Assembly: GCF_036321535.1 (NCBI RefSeq)
Contig: NC_087436.1
Span: 106,392,001-106,456,000, forward strand
Reading direction: 5' to 3'
From: Camelus dromedarius
Taxonomy: Eukaryota
Length of the DNA: 64,000 nt
This document shows positions 1 through 12,830 of this stretch, piece after piece. The notes below the pieces were generated by a model. That model was not told the origin of the DNA, made no database searches, and worked only from the letters and a program-made list of their open reading frames with translations. The first letter of the stretch is position 1. Every line of letters starts with the position of its first letter. Position numbers and translations under genes: made by a program.

Positions 1-2159
1 TCCTTAAAATATCCTCTAAGGTATGTCGAATCATTGAATGCTAGGTTGATTTGGAAACTTAGAGATTTTCTACTGCCCCCTCTCTATTTTGGAGATGGAA
101 AAACTGAGGTCCAAAATAGTTACAGGAATTTGTACAAAGTCATGTATGTGGGAGGTAGAGAACTAGTAATGGGAAGCCAGGTTTTCGGGCTCTGAGACTG
201 ACCCTCCCCCATGCACTCATGCGAACAAAAGGTTTGTTGAGTACTTTTGATATAGCTAGCAGGGTTTTTAGTGCTGTAGGGGCCAAAAAGAATGAAGATA
301 AAAGGTTACTGCCCTCAGGGAGCTTTGTGATTTTATTTCCTAAAAATTAGATATATTCAAATGAAGAAAATTGGAGAAGGGTGAAGCTTAGATATAGTCA
401 AATGCTACATGATTCACTGTGGATGTTGGCAACACTCGTTATTAACCAGCTTGGGTCGTGGATTATGAAGTAGATAAGCTCTCAAATAACTCACAAAGAA
501 CCAGTAGAATAAGGTTATCCAGAGAGAACAGTGCAGAACAGAAAAGCAGGGTCAGCATGAAATATATGGAAGAGGGATGGCAAATACTTGACACACAGGC
601 CACTTGCCACATTCTTTATTCATGACAGACATCACTTATCGATTGCAGAACTTTCCCCAGTGTTTAGACATGGTTGAATTTTTTTAAACAATGAATTTCT
701 GGTAGCCATTATGAGATAGTTGGAATAGGCTGGAGACAATGAAATCTATTTGTTAACTTCCATGTTAGGATAGGAATATCTTCCTGGTTAGAGTGATGAT
801 TTCCTATTTTAATATTAGGAGATAAAAATATATAAGCCCTATCTTTGAAAGTCACGAACAATACGTCATGATGACCCATTATTAAGAGACCTGGGATGCT
901 TATGTATATTCGAATTTAAATAATTTTTTGTCATCAGACCTCCCCACATCTAGTGCTTACTGCTGTGCCTAGAGGATAATGGGTGTGCAGTAAATATTTG
1001 TTGAATGAATGCAACTCAAAGAGAAGTTAATGGTAGCCTTGAAGAGGTGAAAGGCCAGAGTTTTATAAGCTGACTCCATCCAGCTCATGCTGGGACCCGA
1101 GTTAGGAAGTAGTATATCTACAGTATATCTCAATGCACAGCCACCTTCTTCTGTAAAATTGGTATCAGCAGGGCCCTCTGTTTCCTGCCATGCACATTTG
1201 CTTTAAGTCACAACATTAATTAAGGGAGAAAATTTATTGTTAAAAAAAAAAGGGTAGCAATTCTCAGTGACTTGTTTTCATGCATTTGGATGCTCCATCT
1301 AACTCCATTCTACCAGAAATAATTTGGCAGGGTTTATTTTCAGAAAATACGCTGGCACTTTCATTATAATTTCAGTTATTAATCAATGAGGTTGTAAAAT
1401 ACATGAGATCAAGGACTTCAAACATTATTTCAACTGCTCATCCACAAGTGAGCAACATTTATTAAGCACCTACTCTTACGAGGCATTGTTAGACAAAGGT
1501 GAGTCTGCATAGGAGGTCAGGATGTGGTTCCTAATCTCAAGAAACTCAGAATATAGGAGGGGCAATGATGTAAATAATATAGCTGCAAAATCTGCCACTT
1601 CCAGCATGTGTACCTTACGTGGTAGCTACTCAGTAAGTGCTTGTGGATATCACCTCTTCATTCTTTCTATCCTGAACTTGGGATGAGCAAATACATTTCA
1701 TCTCTCTAGCCTCTTCCAGTTGTTTGACAATGGTTACTTGGAATTCATTGTCAAAGAAGATTCTGAAACCATGGTCAGATTCTGAAAAGGGTGGCAATCA
1801 GTGAGAGAGGTCAGTGTATGAGCAGAGGCGAGTGAGTGAGGCAGCACGTGCCCAAAAAGGACAGAGTCTTTGTACTGAGAAATGGGCTCTTAGGAATAGT
1901 CCTTAATGCCTTCCCCTAGTTCTGATTTAGTAGTTGATAGTTGTTTTCCTGTTCAGAAGTAGGATCCTCAAAATGCCATGCTTTTTGAATGATGGTATAA
2001 ATACAATTAGATCAAAGCATCATTTCCAGGGGTTTGAAGAAATAGTGAAAGAAGACCTTTCAAAAATTTAATGGTGATGTTTAGATATTTATTTTAAAAA
2101 TAATGGTGATGATCGCTAATATTTGCATATTACTTTGTAGTTTACCAAACAGTTTCACA

Positions 2160-2520
2160 AATTGGAAACTCCATAACTGTCTGTGAATGGAGTATTGGCT
2201 AAATAAATCAAGGCACTTTCATACAGTGGAATACTAGGCAGCTATTACAGAGAATGATGCAGATCTCTATTTGCTGATGTGAGATAACACCCCTAATAAG
2301 TTTTTAAAAAGCAGGTTTCAGAGCAGTATATTGTATGTGTCTAATGCTATTTAAAAATTATATTTTCACAAACACATCTGTATCTGTATATAGATATGGC
2401 ATTGAAAGCAATCTGGAAACTTATACAAGAAAATGCTAACAGTGGTTGTTACTCTTTAGTGGAATGTAGAAGACTTTTACTGTCTCCTTTCCATCTTTTC
2501 TGAAAAACTTAATGATGAAC
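2160..2520 (+). mobile_element. Ancient L1M(E) 3'-end fragment
   Basis: TAAATAAATCAAGGCACTTTCATACAGTGGAATACTAGGCAGCTATT... is a typical old L1 3' motif; boundaries approximate. Confidence 0.6.
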
Positions 2521-2675
2521 ATGTGCTACACTCATGAAGATAAAAACTAAGTCATCCACTCAAAACCTTAAGCACATTAACATATATTAAGTTCATTTGA
2601 CTCTTATGACCACTCCAAGGGTAGTTATTATCCATGCTTTACAAATAAGGGGCACAAGTTCAAATTAATTTCCAG

Positions 2676-2905
2676 TACTTAGTTTTACTATGTGCTAGGC
2701 AATGTTCTGATTGATTTACACATATAAGCTCATTTAATTATCACAGTAATCCTTTGAGGTGAGTCCTATTATTATCTGTATTTTATAGATGAAAAAACTG
2801 AGGCACAGAGAGGTTGAGTAAATTGCCAAAGGTCACACAGCTTATAAGTTTCTGGAGCCAGGATTTAAAACTAGTTTGCTTGACTCTAGAGTCCACATGC
2901 TTCAC
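2676..2905 (-). mobile_element. MIR SINE
   Basis: Core TTTTATAGATGAAAAAACTGAGGCACAGAGAGGTTGAGTAAATTGCCAAAGGTCACACAGC. Confidence 0.9.
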
Positions 2906-3169
2906 AAGGATGCCATGCTGCCTGGTAGAAGGCACAGAGTGGGAGGAGGTGGCCTTGGTAGCCAAACTTAGTTCCTCTGGCTCCAAATTCCCTTCCCTTG
3001 TCACTACACAGTTGCATGTGCCTCTTATTTGATGCTTGTCATGGATTGTCAGCCTGCTATTTCCCCACCCCAACATGACCTCATAGTCTATGGGTATAAT
3101 TTATTTAGGGGACCCCATGATACATTTCTTCTGGAATTTAGTATTGCCAATAAAATCACTCTTGACTAC

Positions 3170-3430
3170 ATGACAACATTTATATACCTATAATCTACCA
3201 GGTGCTAGGCATTATTCTAGGAACTAAGATAAAATAGTGAACAAAGAACAAGACTCTTGTCCTCATGAACCTTACATTCTAGTGGAAGGGGACAGAAAAT
3301 ATGCAAAAGATACAAAATTTAGAATATTGATAAACACTGAAGAAAAAAGTAGAAGGAATAGAGATAGTCATGACTGGGAGTAGGGATGGGGTGATCATTG
3401 TTTTAGAGAGGTCAGGGAAGTCCCGTCTCC
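3170..3430 (-). mobile_element. L2 LINE 3' fragment
   Basis: CCAGGTGCTAGGCATTATTCTAGGAACTAAG...GTGAACAAAGAACAAGACTCTTGTCCTCATGAACCTTACATTCTAGTGG. Similar L2 3' ends occur near 212-330 and 1430-1560. Confidence 0.75.
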
Positions 3431-4974
3431 TTTTGTTGAATACTGAATATTTATTTAACCCAACACATTTTGATTTTTGTCCAAATAGCCAGGAAACTCA
3501 GAACTCAGCTACAAAAAATGCAGTGCATTCCAAGTACATACCTAGTGATTATTTCCTTGCTCCTTTTAACCTGATTTGATCTGGTTTTCATTTTTATTGT
3601 CTTGTATGTGTCTAACTTGGAAATAGATAAGATATACATCTTAAATATTCTTTGAAAAAATGAATGGGTTCAGTGAAAAGTACAAGAGAAATTAAATAGC
3701 CCATTTTCCTTTTGTTCAAAGGAACCTCCCCTTCTTTTTACCCATATTGACTGTTGAATAATCTCATCTCTGATTTGGCTGGGGACTCTTCCTTTTCTTG
3801 TACTGCTGTCTCCCCAGTGCTCACTATTCTCTCTCTCTCTCTTTCTTTTTCTTCCTTTCTGGCTCCGTCTCTATCTCTGTCTCCCCCTCTCTTTCCAAGA
3901 AAGTTTAGACTTCTGTTTCCTGGAAATTGGTGTTTTTCTTTTAAGATACAAAAACTTTAACTCTTTCCTTGCTGTAACCTTTTAAGTGACTGTGAATCTT
4001 TCTGGGACCATGGCGATACCTAGCAGGAGTCATGAATGTTGATGGATGTTGTAGTTTCCCCGTGTAATTAAAACTACAGTTATTTATAAGGCATTTAGAA
4101 ACTGTTGCAATACATAGTTGATGCTAATTGATGACAAATTCAAGCTACTTATCAATAATGCAAGATATTCATATCAACACCTTCTGTTTTGATGTTCAAA
4201 CATTTAACTTTGAGATCTCGAGAAATAGTATTTTATGTTAGTGTTAGTGTCTGGAAGGTAAGTGCAAACACTGGTGTTGACTGACATCCCAAGCCACTGT
4301 GTTAGGTCTGGGCCATGTTAACATGCAGTTAACATACAGTCTAGTCCTTAGTCACAGAAAGGAGAGGGCTTTGTTCTTAAATATTGTTTGGAAGGTCTAT
4401 CCATAATGCATGTTGTTAACAATATTTCTCTGTTTATTCTTCTTGCATGGAGTAGGACAAAACACTCTCAATGCATTTCTGTTGGTTATGTTCATAATCA
4501 TATTCTCCAGTTTGGGGGAAGTTTTGGAGATGGCATCCCTATGCTTATGATAAGGCCTTTGCAAGGCTGTTGGCATCATATATCCAATATTGTAGTCATT
4601 TGTGTATATGTTAGTTTCTTCCACTAAATTTAAGGGCAGAGATTGTGTGTTAATCAAGTTGGTGCCTAACAGTGTGCCTTCTAAGTAGTTGGCGGTCAAC
4701 AACTCTTTGAAGAGTAAACATGAGAATTTGTGCCAATATGATTGTCTTATAGGAAACAGTATGGAAAACACATGCCTGATTCCCTAGTGATATGAAGAGA
4801 ATCTGTAAGTAAAGTAAAAGCCTTAGAACATGTCTGAAACATAGTAAGCACTCTAATTTAATATTTAACTATTATTAACAATTTAACTATTATTTATTGT
4901 GCTATTTGAGTACTCCTAGGGCATAGAAGAATATTTGACACAGAGTTTACCTTAAAGATTCACTTAAGAAATGA

Positions 4975-5789
4975 ATGCATGTAATTATCAAAGAAATGCA
5001 AATCAAAACTACAATGAGGTACCATCTCATGCTGCTAAGAATGGCCCTCATTAAAAAGTCTACAAAAAATAAATGCTGGAGAGGGTGTGAAGAAATGGGA
5101 ACTCTCTTACACATTTGTTGGGAGTGTAATTTGCGTCAGCCACTATGGAAAATGGTATTGAGATTTCTTGAAAAGCTAAAAATAGAATTACCAAATGATC
5201 TAGCAGTCCCACTCTGGGTATATATTTGGAGAAAACTCTAATTTGAAAANNNNNNNNNNNNNNNNNNNNNNNNNNNNNNNNNNNNNNNNNNNNNNNNNNN
5301 NNNNNNNNNNNNNNNNNNNNNNNNNNNNNNNNNNNNNNNNNNNNNNNNNNNNNNNNNNNNNNNNNNNNNNNNNNNNNNNNNNNNNNNNNNNNNNNNNNNN
5401 NNNNNNNNNNCAACATAGATGGACCTAGAGATTATTATACTAAGTAAGTTAGACAAAGACAAATATTATATGATATCACTTATATGTAGAATCTAAAAAA
5501 ATGACACACATGAACTTATTTATGAAACAGAAATGGACTCAGAGATAGAAAAACTTATGGTTACCAAAGGGGAAGGAGGGGGAGGGATACATTAGGAATT
5601 TGGGATTAGTATATACAAACTACTATATATAAAATAGATAAACAACAAGGTCCTACTGTATAACACAGGGAACTATATTCAATAGCTTGTAATAATCTAT
5701 AATGAAAAAGAATATATATGTATAACTTAATCACAATGCTATTCACCAGAAACTAACACATTGTAAATCAACTATATATCAGTAAAAAC
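4975..5789 (+). mobile_element. 5'-truncated LINE-1 (ORF2 C-terminus plus 3'UTR), cetartiodactyl-type
   Basis: ORF 4975-5241 ([12 protein letters not shown]...[27 protein letters not shown]) matches the L1 ORF2 Cys-rich C-terminus. It is followed by a typical L1 3'UTR (GGTTACCAAAGGGGAAGG..., AACAACAAGGTCCTACTGTATAACACAGGGAAC) and interrupted by an N-run at 5250-5410. Confidence 0.92.
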
Positions 5790-6449
5790 AGAGAAATGGG
5801 TGGATGAATGAACGAATCCCTTCCAGAGGAAGTTAGGTGTCCACTCTCTGAGCTTGCCCAGCACCTCCTGCATTGCTTTACTCCAACATAACCTATTAAT
5901 GCAATTATACTTGGTTACTCGTCTGCTCGCTCAGCAGCCTGTGGGGCTCCAAAGGGAAGACTTGCCTTCTTCATCTTCATAGTCTGAAGGCTAGCACAGC
6001 CCATAGAAAGTGCCAGGTTCTCAGTGCCATGTTCTGTGAATGGATGGATGTAAAGAGAGATGAATCAATACGTGCCTCCTCCATGATGCTCTGTTAGCTC
6101 AGAAGTCAGATGGTTTGGGCTGATACCAAGTAATAGGAAAAAATTTCCTATCTGCTCTATGGCGCTATAGAATTCTAGCATCCATTCATTTTCCACAAGT
6201 TTATTAACTTGTTCAGTTACCATTTTAGACCTATGGACATAACTGTGAACAAGGCAATGTCTTTGTTTTCATGGAGATTATGTCCTAAATAGCTTTAAAT
6301 ATTAAATTTCTTTTTCTTTCTTTTCTTTTTTTTTTTTTTTTTTTGCATTTCCTCTCTTCTGAGAATCCTAATTTACTTTTGAAATTACATTAAAATTATA
6401 TTCCTGGGCTTTTAGACATTTCACTAGTTGATCTACTGCTGATAAAGTG

Positions 6450-6538
6450 CCTGCGTTCTATATGGTTATTTATTACATGGTGGGGAGAGAGAGAAAGAGG
6501 GAGATGGGGGAAGGGAAGGGGAGAGGGAAAAGGAGGCG

Positions 6539-6577
<39 letters not shown>

Positions 6578-6908
6578 TTGAAAAAATTGCTTCACATGAT
6601 TGGGAAGGCTGGCAAGCCTAAAATCTATCGATCTATTGGACAGGCTAGCAGGCTGGAAACTCAGGCAGGATTTCTAGGTTACAGCCTTGATGTACAATTC
6701 CCTCTTCTTAGGGCAACCTCAATTTTTGGTCTTACAGCTTTAAATTGATTGGATGAGGTCCACCCACATTATGGAAGGTCATCTGCTTAACTTAAGGTCA
6801 ACTGATTGTAGATGTCAGTTACACCTACAAAAGACCTTCACGGCAACACCTAGATCAGTGTTTGAACAACTGGGCACCATAGCCTAGCCGAACTGACCCA
6901 TAAATAAT
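6450..6908 (-). mobile_element. ERVL solo LTR, MLT2-like
   Basis: The reverse complement contains GGCTAGGCTATGGTGCCCAGTTG, ACAATCAGTTGACC, CATAATGTGGGTGGACCTCATCCAATCA and CCTGCCTGAGTTTCCAGCCTGC, all characteristic of MLT2 LTRs, plus the terminal (CT)n tract. Confidence 0.8.
6541..6574. repeat. (GA)17 microsatellite within a polypurine tract
   Basis: Read directly from the sequence. Confidence 0.95.
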
Positions 6909-8184
6909 CAGGTTATTATCTTTTATGATTCTTATAGAGTCCTCCTGAGACCCTAAGTGGTAGACACAGCGAGCCCTATTTTACAGGTAGGGAAATAAGG
7001 CACAGGGAGCCTTCTACCTTTCCTCAGGTCATGTGGCTCTGAGCCAAGCTCACCATCAGAGTCACGGGCGCGAGGCTCTGTCTGTGTGTGCCATGTTGCC
7101 GCTCAGCTCAGCCTGGCCTAGCAACTGAGAACCTGCTTTTGAAAAAGCCATCTCTTCACCTGGAATTCTCTCTTTCTTTTTTTAAACCTTTCCTAAGACA
7201 TTTTTTCTACTTAAAAAGTAGTTTCGCATGCTGTATATCTTTTTAAAATAATCCTGATGGTTTCTTTGTGGTTTGGTCTTTCCATTCTGTGATGAATCAG
7301 TTTGTGATTGTTAATATTTGGGGGCATTCAGATCCTGAACAGCCTTGAGAATGGCATTTGTTTAAGAATGGGTGCTTTCCAGAACCTCCTGATGTGCGTT
7401 TTAGTTTGTATTTCCTGATGAGATAATTCATATTCATATATCATAGTTTCTCTAGTCCATTGGTTGGCACTGTCAATCTTTTGTTGAATTGGAAAGGCAT
7501 CAACTAATTATAGTTTAACATGTGTTTCTTGGTTAATTCATGGTCATTTACCCCGGTTTATCAGTAGTGAACAACAGATACTGTCAGACCGATGGCCCAT
7601 TAAGAAGCTCGTCAGGTAACTATCAGAACTTGTTGGTGTCATTAGATCAGGACTCTAATTGCATATCACGTCTGTCACCTCAACATCTCAGGTCATCACC
7701 CCAAACCATGTAAACTCATAGTAGAATTATTTAAGTTCATATGTCTGTCCCCACAAAATCGTCAACTCCTTGAGAAAGGAGAGATTGTATTTTATTCCTA
7801 TTTGTGTGTTAAATTGGTAGAAAATACTATTATCAAGAAATATCTTGATAATGAAAAGGTGGCAAAGGCAATTATTTCCATGGGGTGAGCCCCACACTGT
7901 GCTGGGCACACAGAGGATGGTTTCAAAGGAGGGACGAGGGGAGAAGGGCACTGTTCAGCCGACGCCTGTTCTCCTTCCCTGTGCTCTTCCAGGCAGCCTG
8001 GATTTCTCTGCTCTTTGTCCAGCAGATTCCTCTTGCACAGCTGCTCCAGACTCACAGGTCCTGTTATCCCTGTTACACTGTGGGCTCTGCCAGGCCAGGA
8101 GCCTGATCCGATTTGACTGTGCAGCATCACACATCACACAGATTTAGTTAGAAAAGATTAAACACTTTGTCAGGCAGCAGGGGG

Positions 8185-8395
8185 AGACAGTTTAGGGCAA
8201 AGGTTATAAGGGCATGCACTCTGGAACCAGGCTGCCCAGGTTCAAGTTCAAACCTTACCACTTATGAGATGTGTAGCCTCAGGAACATGAATTTCTCTCT
8301 GTGTTTCTTTCTCCATCTGAAAATGAAAGATAATAATAGTTCCCGTTCTGTAGGATGATATGTACAAACACTTAGAAGAGTCGTGGATGCATGAT
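8185..8395 (+). mobile_element. MIR SINE
   Basis: CTCTGGAACCAGGCTGCCCAGGTTCAAG...TTTCTCCATCTGAAAATGAAAGATAATAATAG. Confidence 0.8.
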
Positions 8396-11300
8396 GGATA
8401 TCATACATTGGATTGTGTTTTTTAAAAACCGCCTATTTCCATTTTGAACTACTATTGATGTTTTATCTCTGGTCTTCCAGTGACGCCCTGGAATTCTGTG
8501 GGTTAAAGACTGATTTTCAGTGATACCACATTAGCAGCTGCATCCCACAGCCTGGTCGAGGGCCAGATCTTGGCTCTCACTACTTTTTCATGTTTCTTTG
8601 TATTTCCCTTCGCAGCTAACACTGGGCCTTGTATGATTCATCATTTATCACCAGGACTTTTTATTTTCTAGTCCCCTTAGTATTGAGGAAAGCTAACATT
8701 TAACCAAATACCTGCAGGTGCCAAGCTGGGAACCTGATCCTGATATTCTCCACCAGGACAGTGGTGTCGTCCCGATTTCGTAGAGGCCCAGGGAGATAAG
8801 TATCTTCATTCATTTCAAAGAGTCAGGAAGTTTCAGAGCCTCATTCTGCCTTCAAGTAGGTGTTATTTTAAAGGAAATGCTGTCTCCTCTTCAATTCCTC
8901 TTTCTGTCCCTTATCCTTCTGGGGTCCCAGCAGGCTTCCCCCAAAGCTAGAGGAATCCACATGCTCTTTTCCAGCCACATATGTCTCTTACAATCATTTC
9001 TTCTGGATCCCAGAACTTTGACCAGAGGGCCCATGAATGGATGGACGATGTCCTGGCAAACGACGTCTCTGTTTTCCTATATTTGCATGTTGGCATCCAC
9101 ACGGAATTACCCAACACTACCCTAAACTAGTGAGGAGGGCACTCAGCAAAGCAGGGCACCCATGCAGGGGCACCAGAGTTTTTCCTTTGAAAGACTGTTA
9201 CATTTGTTTAAATCAATCATTGGAAACAGCCACTGTGATGAAGGACTGAACTCTTCTGGGCTTCTCCTTATGCACATAATTTAATAATGAGTCAGTCTGG
9301 CTTTTCGTTTGAATGACATGTGGAGCAGGGCCGCTAACGTCTTCACAGGGTCTGGCTGGCATTCTTATTCTAGGCTGTTTATAAGGTAAATGAGATCTAT
9401 TTTCAGGCCCTTGACTGAGCCCCATCTCTTCTGCTTCAACACACCTGCTGTCGTTCTGTCCACGTGTGAGTGTGTTGATCGGCGGTGAGTCCAACCTATT
9501 CACTCTTAGACTGTAAGCACTTTCTGGGCAGAAAGTTACACAGCCTTACAGAGGTTAAGCACCTGGCATGTTGCTAGACCGTCTTTTGGAGCATAGTGGA
9601 TTCTTATTGATTTCTCAGCTCGCACCAGTTGGCTGTTTTCCATTTTATCTACACATTGGCAGATACGTATTTTCCCAGCCAGATGGCTAGGTGTGGACAG
9701 ATAAGTGATGTGTAGTTCTGCAGTGGTTCTTTGGCCCAAGTCTTTTAGCAAGGACTTTCATTGTCGACTGTAATCTTTGGGGGCGACTTTATCTACCTTT
9801 ACAAAGTGGGAAGATCGTGAACAGTTAGCATTTAGGAGGCAGAGCCCATGCAGAGGAGAAGGAAGTCCACTTCGCACCCTTTGACAAGTCTCGAGTTACC
9901 GTCTGAGGCTATAAATAACGACTGTAGACATGAATTGCAGAGACGGATTCTTTGTGGATAATTTTCCAAGCAGTAAGGTGTTTTCTTTCCTCTTCCCTGT
10001 TCCCCTTTCAAGTGGTGGTGGCTCTTCATAATAATTAGAAAAACAAGAAATGGATTCTGCGAATACATCTTTTTCTCTCCCCGGTCACCAGTTTAATTTC
10101 TTTTACTTATTTTGAACTCTGGGTGTTTCTACAGTAGTTTTATGATGCAGCGATTCAAAGAGAGCTTTGGCGCGTATGAGTAAACCAACTTTCAGGTTTT
10201 CCTTGTTTATTTATTTGTTTGTTTTTTGTTTTTTCCTGAGTGGGAAATTACTGCATCTCACCTATTTCTGCATTTCCCAAATTTTGTCTTATTTTGTATT
10301 TAGTCCTTAATAATTTTGCCTGTAAATACCTAAAGAGATGCTTACATTTGGAAAATGTAGACATTGTCTGTCACTCATTCTTTTGAAGCAAGTGACATTT
10401 GCTGGCAGTTTATACTATCTCTTTCCTCATACATTTGCCCAAACTTGCAATGACTAAAGCATGGGCAATAAACCCAAATATCAGTATTTTTTTTCCACTT
10501 AAAAGTTTTCCAGGTTTTTCTTTCACACTAGTCTCCGATCTTTAAAAATGCCTCTCTTACACACTGAGCTAAGACTCACTTTATGCTCCAAGCAGAGCTG
10601 TCACTTCTTCTCTCCCCTCTGTAAGTGGGCAGGGCACCCCCGGAGAGGGAAGCGTGAGCCCTCTCCTCATGTGCGTGTATGTATTCATAAATCTCCGTGT
10701 CTACTCCACGGGGTAAACGGCACAGAAACTTTATTGCATATGTTTCATTTAAAAACACCTTAGAAAAGGAGGGAGAAGAAAGACTGGGAGGGACAGAGAA
10801 ATAGTTGGATCTGAGAAACTTGAAAAAGGAAAGGAAAAGGAAGGAAGCGAGCATTTGTGTAGCTCCCACTGCAGGTGAAGCGTTAATTCTGCACACCCCT
10901 TACCTTCATCCCCTCAGCTTATCCTGTGGAACCCCCACAACAAGACTGCGAGGTGGATATTATGTTTTTTTAGAAACATCTAGAAAAATGGAGACACAGA
11001 AAGTAAGCAGTTCAGCTGGTGGGACTGAGATGGAGTGCACTGAAGTGGCTTCGTCCTCATGTTTGCATCCGGTTCTCCTTGCTGAGGGCACAGCCTTCAC
11101 GACCAGTGTATTCCGCGTCCATCTGAACTAGATTCTGCTTCGAAGTGTTTGTTCCTAGCAGCATAATTTGCATACCTAGAAAGGGACCATGAATGTGAAC
11201 TTGGCTTCATGCTCTTTTAGAAAGTCAGTTTCTCTTTTTTAAATCATTACCTTCAGAGCAGATCTCAAAATATTACAAAACCGAAGTATCCAACTTTAAT

Positions 11301-11741
11301 TTCTTTTCAGTTTCAATCAGTGTGGCTTTGATTTTTTTTTTTAAAGGCGTGGTAGTGATAGTGGCCATGAGGAATTCAGAATTAATAACACGTGCCTATC
11401 TCCCCACATGGCCATAGGCCATCCAGTTTGCCTTTGTTCTTCTAGGCTCCAGGAGGTGTGAGGGTATCAGAGGACACAGCCTATTCTGGCTTTGAATTCT
11501 TGGCCATTGACTTTGGAACCTGCCCCATTGAATGATGGCCCTGTAGTCCGCCAGGTGACCCAGGTACTTCAGATCTCAGTTGTAACTGTTTCAAGACCAG
11601 AGCCACAAAGTTCTCCAAGCCTACATTTCTTGGGGAGGAAATACATTCAGTGGAGTTTGCTTTCTTTATTTCATAAATCAGAGATTAGAAAACCACATAT
11701 TTTAGCCTCCTTTTCTGAAGACTTGTACCACAATGAGTTTT

Positions 11742-11905
11742 TTTTTATAATATGGTTTTTAAATTAATTTATTTTATTTCATTTTGCGGGGAGGGGGAGG
11801 TAGGTAATTAGATTTATTTATTCATTTATTTTAGAGGAGGTACTGAGGATTGAACCCGGGATCTTGTGCTTGCTAAGCATGTGCTTTACTGCTTGAGGTC
11901 TCCCT
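11742..11905 (-). mobile_element. tRNA-derived SINE, camelid Vic-1-like
   Basis: The minus strand reads ...CACATGCTTAGCAAGCACAAGATCCCGGGTTCAATCCTCAGTACCTCC...AATAAATAAATCTAATTACCT..., with an intact B-box (11847-11856) and A-rich tail. A 12-bp target-site duplication ACAATGAGTTTT flanks it (11730-11741, 11906-11917). Confidence 0.85.
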
Positions 11906-12594
11906 ACAATGAGTTTTAAATGGCCCCCTTTTCATATTTGACCACATTTCCAAGCAAAGGCTATAAAATATATATTGTAAGTTTGTTCAGTTATTGATAT
12001 TAAGAGTCAAGCGTAAGGTCTACCTGCTGAGTTCTGTTCTGGAGTGAGATACACACATTGTGCTTTGTAGTGTAGACTTGCATGGAAGCAGAATTGGAAC
12101 ATGGAAGAGTATTGTAATATCATTTGCCGTGTGGTATCAAAACATGTTCTAATCAGGCCTTTATTTGCAACTGTCATCTTCAAAAGGAGTCATAATTTCA
12201 TTTAGGGAGAAGAGTGGCATTATAATAAGGGCTTCTTTTTCTCTGGGGGTGTTCTCAGTGATCTGAGTCAGACGCCCCAAGTCGGCTTTAAAGGTTGACC
12301 CACAGAGAAAGGGCCTTCTTTTAAATGATTGACAAGATCACATTCAAAGAGATTCGTGGTATGACTTCTTTTGACCGGAGCAGGGTGCCACATGTTGGCT
12401 GAGTTCCTGTGTGAGTTCTGCCTTTTCTTAAATATCCCTGACAGTTGTAGCTAGATGTGTGCGGTGTTTTTACTTTCCTTCTGGATGTGAAGCTGCGGTT
12501 CCCTTCTGACTCATGGAGAGACTCCCAGGTGTCTCAGTTATGGGACTTGGGGGCACAAGCCAAAATGCCATTTTTCCACACAGTCGGCAAAATG

Positions 12595-12830
12595 TCTGGA
12601 ATCAGACAACACTGACTTCAGGTCCTGGGTCTCCCACGTACCTAAGCTTTTAGTCTTTAGTAAAGTTCCTTAACCTCCCTAAGATTCAGCAAACATTCCT
12701 AGAATGGCCATAATGATAGTACTTGCTCCCAGCATTAGCGCGAGAAGCAAGTGGGATCATCCACCCAAGTACTCAGCACGGCGCTTGGCACGTAGCAAAT
12801 ATTCACTGCATGTTGGATCTCATTTTGTCA
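12595..12830 (+). mobile_element. MIR SINE
   Basis: GGAATCAGACAACACTGACTTCAGGTCCTGG...AAAGTTCCTTAACCTCCCTAAG...GGCGCTTGGCACGTAGCAAATATTCAC. Confidence 0.75.

Noticed and set aside
4975-5241. 88-aa ORF as a host gene
   Set aside because: It is the degenerate C-terminus of L1 ORF2.
11840-11905. tRNA-like sequence with a B-box
   Set aside because: It is the head of a SINE with A-rich tail and TSD; the A-box is degraded and no cloverleaf is complete.
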